A stretch of DNA of 43,188 nt. Origin: Hyphochytrium catenoides. Taxonomy: Eukaryota; Protista; Hyphochytriomycota. Of the stretch, positions 35,201-43,188 are shown piece by piece. Position 1 is the stretch's first letter, and each line of letters begins with the position of its first letter. A program made the position numbers and the translations under genes. The DNA is taken from assembly GCA_900088475.1 (NCBI GenBank), contig FLMG01003852.1, positions 1-43,188 on the forward strand. The letters are read 5' to 3'. Under the pieces are notes generated by a model. That model saw only the letters and a list, made by a program, of their open reading frames with translations, searched no databases and was not told where the DNA came from.

Positions 35201-37268
35201 TTTGCTAACTTGATTCATGGCGATAGGTAGTGAATCCTGTGGCAGTTGAAGTAGAGTTCTCTTTTTTGGTTCGTCAGCCGAGTATTTGGCGGAGGAGGAA
35301 GAGAACAAGAAGCCACACAAGAGCAATCCTGGAGCCTGTTCACACCTTCTTCTTCCTCTTCTACCTTCTTTCAGAAAGACACCAGCAGAGTTGAAGAGGC
35401 GGCAGCAGTTGACGCCTTGTGGCTCTTCTAGATAGTGCTTGGGCATGTCTTCCATCTAGCGTTAGTCCTGGCTAGTATCCTCCTTTGGCCCAGCAATGTG
35501 GTGGTGCTTCCGTAATCTTTTGTGCCATCCCTGCCTCACAGCTCCTCATCGCCTCCAGTTCCTTCTTCCTCGTACCTCGCATTTTTGATCAAGACGATCT
35601 TCTCTTCTAGTGTGGAAGACTGTAATTTTCTATAGTAAGAACACTAGGGTAGAAGAGAGCAAGGATGAAGAAGTGAGGAACTTCGCCACCAGGAGTCTTA
35701 TGTACCGACACCGCTTGTACCATGCAAGAAAGAAGAGGGTGCGTCTGCTCCTGCCTGGAGCCCTCCTTCTTTGGGTTGGACAAACAGCAGAAGATGAGGA
35801 GCTGGAAGAAGGCCCTCCCTTCTTGTTGCTTCTTGTCAGCCTTCTTCTCTTCTTGAACATCAGAAGGAAACCTCCCCTTTGGAGGAGCTAACGGCTATCC
35901 TCTCATACTGGGGCTGGACAAAATGTAGTTGCAGTTGCTGGACTTGTGTCTGTTCCCTATTCGTGATAATGTCCGTGAGGGCAGGATTTGTGTACGTACA
36001 GTAGAGTGAAATGTATACCCAGGATAGATTTGTAATAAACTGGGTGATAATTAGGAAGGAAAGGACATGGAACAAGAACAATAGTGCGCACACAGCAGTC
36101 TTTATTATGTTCCTCCTTTGACCCAAACCTTTCCTCTCCTTCCCTCGTCCTTTGTGCTGCCCTTCCCCTGACCTGTGTAAGGAAATCATCAGTAAGGGTT
36201 GTAATAAGTGCTCGACAGATGGTCCAAACGTCCCGATGCCAGTATTATTTCTTAGACCATAGATTGTCAATACAGAAGCATCACATAAGCCTCTCTCACG
36301 AACTGGACCGGCGCCTCTGTCGTCTGCTCGTTCATTTCTATGCAATCCATCAAGGCAAAGGCCATAAGAGAGAGAATAATAGATGTAACGAAGCGAAGAG
36401 CGGGCGGGAGGAACGACGAAAGAAAAGAGAAGAGAAAGAAGGAAGAGGGAAAAGGGAGATCACTAGGGCGCAGAGAAGAGAGGAAAAATGTAGACAAGGT
36501 GCATTATTGGTAGAAAGAGAGGGGCAGGAAGGGAGATGAAGGGAGAAGGATGAAGCTGACTGGCCGTGTTCAGTGAGAAGAAGAGAGAGCAGGAGAGACG
36601 AAGATTGATGAGGAAACTGCCAGAAAGGATGGCGCAAGCAAAGAGAATCTTAGGACAAACTTGACCTCAAGAAACGCCAATTCGCTTTGGGCACCCTATT
36701 ATGGGGAAGAGATATAGGCAACATGAGAGAAAGAAGCTTTCTGATAATTAGAATCTGGATCTCAGGTACAAAAGAAGAGTGACAACAGCAACATAAGCTG
36801 TACCTATGAACCATAATGCGGACATGGCAAGAGGAAAAGAAGACATATTATTGTCTCTATTTGTATGAGACCGTCGCGCTTTATAATCTACTCTTTCTCG
36901 GTTCATGCAAGTATCAGGGGAAACGAAGCGGTCAGCTTTTGTTCTCCCGTCCCATGTTCTTTTCCTTGACGAATCACCACCCTTCACTGAAACGAGGTGG
37001 CAAGAGGGAAGAGGAGAACATATAGGCCTCTAATATAACAAGAAATGACTCTTTCTTTCTCCTCGGTGGTTTGTTATTGTCCCACTGCTGCCTTCACCAA
37101 CACAGGGCTGGAAGAATGAGTTGCAAGATGATAGAAGTGAAAGCATTTTCAAGGAAGAAAGGACATCATACCTAATAGAGAGAGAGAGAGGGAGGAGAGA
37201 CATTTGAGGAGTGGGCTTGCCCTTCACGTGAGCGGGCCGAGCATCTCCTACGTCGGAGCATTTCCATT

Positions 37269-37285
37269 TCATTATCAAAGTTTCA
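37269..37285 (+). promoter_or_regulatory. INR+FPR-like core promoter of HSP12 copy 2
   Basis: TCATTATCAAAGTTTCA about 100 nt before the ATG, followed by a CAA-rich leader. Confidence 0.55.
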
Positions 37286-37369
37286 AGCAATCAACAAGCC
37301 ATCAGCCAACAACAAGCAACAAGCTATAATCAAATCTCTTACAAGACAACCACACACGCCATCCAAAAC

Positions 37370-37573
37370 ATGAGTGACGCAGGCCGCAAGGATTTCTCTA
37401 CCCAGATGGCTGAGAAGACCACCCCTGATGACCAGAAGACTTTCGGCGAGAAGGTCAAGGAGAGCGTCACTGGCGGCGTTGACCGCGTAAAGGCTGCCTT
37501 TACCCCTGACTCCCAGAAGAGCGTCCCTCAGCAGATGGGAGACAAGGTTCGCGGAGAGCAGCGCCATCACTAG
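37370..37573 (+). CDS. HSP12: HSP9/HSP12-family small stress protein (67 aa)
   Basis: MSDAGRKDFSTQMAEKTTPDDQKTFGEKVKESVTGGVDRVKAAFTPDSQKS. The N-terminal MSDAGRK is as in yeast Hsp12, with an internal PDxQK repeat, biased codon usage and an AAAACATG start context. Confidence 0.92.
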   Translation: MSDAGRKDFSTQMAEKTTPDDQKTFGEKVKESVTGGVDRVKAAFTPDSQKSVPQQMGDKVRGEQRHH

Positions 37574-40500
37574 GAAGACTACCTTCTTTTACCTACCAAC
37601 CTACCTATCTATCTATGAAGGAAGAAAACAGCTATATGCTAGTAGAGGAGGGAGATGAAAAGATGGAGAAGATCCGCTAATAGCACTATAGTAAGCGGTA
37701 TAATAGTAGCACACGATTCCTAAACAAGAGAGCTCCACCTCCTTCCATTCTTAACCTATATCTTCTTTTCATATAAAGATAGATCGAGGTTTCTGTTTCT
37801 TTTCGTCGAGTTCGTCATTAGAGACCAAGCCTCCTACTACTACTTGTCAGCCCGTTTATTTGAACAATGGCTTCAATCACAGCCTCCGTTGCCTTTACAT
37901 CTCTCGTTCTTGCTCACTTCTGCTGGCTGATCCTATCGTGATTGTGACAGAGGTTAATAGCGGAGATGGTAACAGGAGAAAATATGACTACCTGGATGAT
38001 ATTATAGTGCTACCTACGATTGTTGTTGATGAGTACTTTTCAAGAGGCTACCTGTCTATGCCTCACCGGATCTCCTTCGGTTGTTTCATTATTCTTGCTC
38101 AAACTTTGTCTTTGTTGTTCGTTCTCTAGTCCTAGTAACCATTGTTGGCGATGGCACTGGGTTAGACCTTGGGCCTGTTCTGCATCCGCTTTCTCCGCAT
38201 AAAGAAGCACTTTTTCCTCCTCGCATTCCCTTCTTCCCCTGTCACCCTTAGCTCTTCTCTTTCTTGTGTCGCCTTGCGCGAATCTCTGACCTCTTCATGA
38301 TCAGGATCTAGCAGCTGCTGCTGAGGAACCGTAACTGAGGAGCCCTAACCCTTATTCTAACCCAGCAAGCTCTGTCTTTTTGGTGGGGTCTAAAGAGGTA
38401 CCTGTACGGCGCCTTACGCCTTCACATTATAATAAAGAAAAGGTAGACCCACGAAATATAAATTACGATCTTAGAATCATGCTGTCATTCACATGATAAA
38501 ATATGAGAAAGCGGCCGCAAGAACTATATAATCAAAGAAAACACCTGGCAAGGAATAGGTAGGATGTAGATTAACTGGGATGCCTGGCACAGCCAGAATA
38601 TGTCAGCGGCTCTTCCGGTTCCACCGACAACTATTTATCGAAAGACTGATATTGTGACTTCCGGAACTACAGGCCAACAGCTGGCAGGCGATCCGCTCCG
38701 CTCGTGGTCGACAGCAACAAGCGACCTATCCAACTGCCCCACGGCTGCGGACCTTGAAGAGTTTATACTGGTTGTTAGTAACAACTTGCCAGTTCATATC
38801 TAAACTCAGGGCGAACTTCTTCGGAGCACTAAAGTCTCACCGGCGGCTAGACGTCTTGTGAGAGGAGCCAGTGGAAGGTCTCTGATATGGAAGCATAATA
38901 GAGTATTTGCTGCACCGTCATCGGTCCAGCGCTGCTGCTTACATATACCTTGGCAAAGTGTTAACTCTGCTTGATAACAGGCCAAAAAGAACTCCGCTGT
39001 CGAGGTGCGTTGACTCGCCTCTGCCATCCTTCAAAACTATTGTCTTCTTGGAGGCGGGACGACACGGCGTTCAGTTTCCTTCTTCGCCATTTGATAGCTG
39101 ATGCCATTACCTCTGGCTTCGTGACTGTTTGCATCTTATGACGCGCATCATCGTATTATCACTCTCCTTCAGCCGTGCACCAGCAGCTACATTAATGCAG
39201 GAAGAAAGCAGAACTTTGAATACGTCATCCTCCGCGCTTTGCTTTCCTATCGGTAATGTTGTTACTATCCATGCCCACCTCAATGTCCAACAGTCCGCCA
39301 GTCTCTCTCCGTTTCTCTCTCTCTCTCTTCCTCCCAACCTCTCATGCTCCCTTGCTCCCTTGGCTCTTAAGCGTATACATCATGGTTCCATTGTTGGCGG
39401 TGATGAGTATGGAGCATCAGATAATAAGGGTACATTGGGGTGAGTCCATCTCTTTGGTCACTACTTGCCCTGCCCATACAGGAGACAGTGATTGCGGAGG
39501 AACTGGGTCATCAGCCATCTGGTAGGCCAGGCTCTCCTATGCGTATTGTTGCATTCTGTCTTCCTGGCCAGCTTCTCCTCCACTCTCTCTTAGTGCCCTG
39601 CGTTATTGCCATAGCCCTCTTTCTGTTCATGAGTCTCAGCCGAGGTCCAGAAGGATGGAGCTCACTCAGTAATGGCCACAAACAGCGAAGGATGGGATAC
39701 AAGCTTCTGCACGGGAAACCCACCTCTTCCTTTCTTGCTCTGACTGCTGTCTGAGTGGTTCTTCTTCCAGGGACAAATTGATATTTGTAACGCCCAGGTC
39801 CTCACTTATTAGCCCCCTGTAGCCCGTCAGGTCCAGCTCCTCTTGTGCTTTTGTGCTTTGTGCTTTGTTTTGCTTCGATATGTGAGGTAGCTCCTTTGTG
39901 AAATATGTCCAGCCCTCCTCCTTGACCCTCTCCGCCTTGCTTGTTGCTAGTTACTGTACAAGCTTGACAAGATAGTCCTACTCGTACGAGATGGCTATCA
40001 TGCGTCTTGTCAATCACATAAGCCTCACCTCACTGTTAGGGTCGGTCATGAACTGGACAGGCATCTCCTCTGTCGCTTGCTTTCATTTCTATGCAATCTA
40101 TCATGCTGTTATTCCCTTGTCCAAAAGGCAGAGGAGGCATAGGGAGGAGAAAGAGAGAGAATTGATGCAGGCGAAGCGAAGAGTTCGCAGCACGACCGGG
40201 AAAAAAGAAGAGAGAGAGGAGAGATGGAAGAGGGAAAGGGGATATACATGTAACTAAGGAGCAGAGAAGAGAGACGAGAAGTGCAGACAAGGAGAAATGA
40301 TAAAGAGGGGGAAGGAAGATGAAGGGAGAAGGATCAAGCTGACTGGCCGTGTACAGACAGAGAGAGGAGGAAAAGGAGAGAAGATTGATGAGGAAACTGC
40401 CAGAAAGGGTGGCACAGACAAGGAAATCCTAGGAGAAAACTTGGGAAACGCCACTTCGCTTTGGCCACCCTAGAGGAAAAAGAGATAGGCAACATGAGTA

Positions 40501-41024
40501 GGAACTAGGAAGAAGCTTCCTGATAATCTGGATCTCAGGTACAAAAGAAGAGTGATAAACAGCAACATAAGCCGTTATTATAGACTGGAAGGCGGACATG
40601 GCAGAGGAGAAGAAGACATATTATGGGTCTATTGTCGTTGTTGTTTGTATTAAATCGTCGCTTTACACTACTATACCTTTCTCGGTTCCGGCAGTATCAT
40701 CAAGGGAAACACAAAGCGGGCAGCTTTTGTTCTCCCGTCCCATGTTCTTTTCCTTGACCAATCACCCTTCGCTGAAGTGGCAAAAGGGAAAAGGAGAACA
40801 CATAGGCTTCTATGATAACGAGAAATCACTCCTTCTTCCTTCTCCAACACACAGGACTAGAAGAATGAGTTGGAAGATCATAGCGGTGAAACCATGTTCA
40901 AGGAAGGGACATCATACCTAATATAGAGAGGGAGAGAAGAGAGACGACATTTGATGAATGGGTTTTCCCCTCATGTGATTGAGCGGGCCGAGCATCTGCG
41001 GCGCTGCGTCGAAGCACCTCCACC

Positions 41025-41041
41025 TCATTATCAAAGTTTCA
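41025..41041 (+). promoter_or_regulatory. INR+FPR-like core promoter of HSP12 copy 3
   Basis: TCATTATCAAAGTTTCA about 105 nt before the ATG. Confidence 0.55.
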
Positions 41042-41129
41042 AGCCAATCAACAAGCCATCAGCCAACAACAAGCAAACAAGCTAACATCAAATCTCTTAC
41101 AAGACAACCATCCCAACATCATCCAAAAC

Positions 41130-41333
41130 ATGAGTGACGCAGGCCGCAAGGATTTCTCCACCCAGATGGCTGAGAAGACCACCCCTGATGACCAGAAGAC
41201 CCTTGGCGAGAAGGTCAAAGAGAGCGTCACCGGCGGCGTTGACCGTGTAAAGGCTGCCCTTACCCCTGACTCCCAGAAGAGCGTCCCTCAGCAGATGGGA
41301 GACAAGGTTCGCGGAGAGCAGCGCCATCACTAA
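41130..41333 (+). CDS. HSP12: HSP9/HSP12-family small stress protein (67 aa)
   Basis: Differs from 37370-37573 at 9 of 204 nt and 2 residues (F25L, F44L). Confidence 0.92.
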   Translation: MSDAGRKDFSTQMAEKTTPDDQKTLGEKVKESVTGGVDRVKAALTPDSQKSVPQQMGDKVRGEQRHH

Positions 41334-43188
41334 GAACACTATGTTCTATTACCTACCAATCTACCTACCTATCTATGAAGGAAGAAACCAGCTATATGCT
41401 AGTAGAGGAGGGAACTGGGAAGATGGAGAGGATCCGATAGCACTATAGTAAGCGGTATAATAGTAGCACACGCTTCCTAAACAAAGGACCTTCATCTCGC
41501 TTTCCTCTCTTCCTAAATGATGGATTGAGTTGTGTCTCTTTTTCACTCGACTTCGCCATTGGAGATCAAGCCTCCTACCATGCAGCCGGTTGGAAGATTG
41601 GCTTGATACACAGCCTCCGTTGCCTTTACATCTCTCGTTCTTGCTCACCTCTGCTGGCTGATGTCACAGGTGACTGTGACAGAATAGAAAATTGCAGGTA
41701 GGTAGAGAAATGACCATATGATGGATGACAAGTCTATAAAGTACTGCCAATGACTGCGTGCTTCATGAGGCTATCCGTCTATGCTTCTTCAGATCTGGGA
41801 AGGCGTTTCATTATTCTTGCTCAACGCTGTCCTTAATCTCTCGTTTTCTGTCCTCCTAGTAGTACACATCATCGGCGATGGCAGGGTTAGACCTTGGACC
41901 TGTTCTGCATCCGCTACTCGCCCAAAAAGAAGCACTGCCTTCCCTTGCCCTGCCTCTGCCACTCACCCTCAACTCTTCTCTTTCTTGTGTGTCGCCTCGT
42001 CGCTCAAATTCTGAGCTCTCTAGTAAGCAGCTCCCACTGCGGAAAGAAGAGGAGGTATGGTTATCATGATGTCAGTCAAACTCCGGTGAATGGGTGAGTC
42101 TTCTGAACCTTGAAGCGATCATACCATCGGAAAAGAGTGTCTTTCTTTTCTGGCGCAGTCGGTCGTTCTTTGTAATCTCCTCCTTCGAACGCGCGCTCCC
42201 CGATGTAGGATCCGCGTTAGTTATTAGGGCCAACAGGTCTATATATTTACCTACTTTAGTGAGCGAGGTGAGATTCCTAGATTAGTACTGCTATGGATGT
42301 TTTTAGTCCTTTGTTATTATTAGCGCTTCCCTTGAACACGAAACGTCAAAACCCTCCGTCCCTTGAGTCAGACTGGCGGTATAAATAATGCAGGAGGAGA
42401 AGCGAAGCTGCTACCTAAGCTACAGATCGACAACCTACTTCTGGCGAGGAGGAGATGGCTCGTTGTTGAGCTTATCATCGACGGACACTTCAGCCACCTC
42501 TTCCAACCACAGGGGTAGGTGCCCCTTCTTCCTGCTGTCAGGCGAATGTTGTTACTACCTCGAGAGCCCTATTGCCGCTGCTGCGCTGAATGATGGCTTT
42601 GCTGCTGAGCTCCAGCATCATCTCAGTGTAAGGCTCGCCTGTGGATGCGGATATGCGGATACGTTCTTCCAACCGAGAGCTAAGTTAATCTCCTCCTTAA
42701 GGTTTGTCGGCGTGATGGCTCGTCAGATCCCGCGTCCACCGTCGTGTTAAAAAATATCCTTTAGAAGCACTCCTGGACAGCAGCCCTGCAACATGATGGC
42801 AGGAGGCTCTAATCATCTGGCATAAATGCGCTTATTTGACAACTGATGCCGCAAAGGCAATCGGCATACTACCTAGAGGCGTCTTCTAAACTAGTCGGAC
42901 CCCCAGGCATGCGCAACTTGTTAATGTTAGTCCTAATAAGCAGCAGTACGCTCACATCGGGATTGTGATTGGCCTATCGCAGTGGATGGACTGTTTGAGA
43001 TTGTCCCATCTTCTTGGGCGGCACTGATGAGCTGAACCCTCTGGTGCTATCAAAGTTGCCAGTCATTTACTCCTACTACTAGGTAGCGAAGACGCCAACT
43101 GCTCGTTAATTAGCACCTTCAATGTTCATGAGGGCTAAGCTACCGACGAGATCCAGGATAACCCTAGTTCATCTTCTTCCTTGGTGAT

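Larger units (their letters stand above)
36280..38330 (+). repeat. Segmental duplication unit 1 (~2.05 kb) containing HSP12 copy 2
   Basis: Colinear with 40012-42045. Examples of identical blocks are aatctggatctcaggtacaaaagaagagtga and cagcttttgttctcccgtcccatgttcttttccttgac. Confidence 0.92.
40012..42045 (+). repeat. Segmental duplication unit 2 containing HSP12 copy 3
   Basis: Colinear with 36280-38330, with many small indels in the flanks. Confidence 0.92.

Noticed and set aside
38341-38363. CCCTAACCC..CTAACCC telomere-like words at the end of duplication unit 1 (also GGGTTAGGTTATAGG near 8675)
   Set aside because: Only two degenerate units, which is compatible with chance.
38570-39900. 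Overlapping short ORFs in the spacer between duplication units (ERNGERLAD, resembling an APE endonuclease motif)
   Set aside because: The motif arises from a GA microsatellite, and no other endonuclease motifs are present.
33913-41339. Antisense ORFs over all three HSP12 genes (33913-34287, 37283-37570, 41097-41339)
   Set aside because: These are shadow frames expected from the biased codon usage of the sense genes, and their ends are not conserved between copies.
1-43188. CRISPR arrays, tRNA/rRNA genes, prokaryotic operons
   Set aside because: None seen. The window is spliceosomal-intron eukaryotic DNA with no regularly spaced repeat-spacer array.

Overview
Intron-containing eukaryotic genomic DNA (GT-AG introns of about 70-340 nt) with one assembly gap at 17813-17961. 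The ABCB protein, the CX4C-X9-CX2H zinc-finger genes and an INR+FPR-like core promoter suggest a stramenopile, possibly oomycete-related. That placement is inferred from remembered motifs, not from a search. Splice models built by hand give seven genes: two divergently oriented paralogous WRKY19-like zinc-finger genes (3659-5354 minus, about 15966-17456 plus), a full-length 8-exon ABCB/MDR transporter (21050-26242), a 16-exon LMBRD1-like gene (27311-31697), and three intronless HSP9/HSP12-family genes (34033-34281 minus with a His-rich tail, 37370-37573, 41130-41333). The last two HSP12 genes lie in a ~2 kb segmental duplication. Intergenic DNA holds many decayed mobile elements: tandem CRE-like (RT-CCHC-RLE) non-LTR relics, a Ty3/gypsy pol relic, and weaker copia and PIF/Harbinger relics. 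The best lead is an expanded, apparently fungal-type HSP12 cluster in a non-fungal-looking genome. All three copies share a host-type core promoter, and one copy has gained a poly-His tail.
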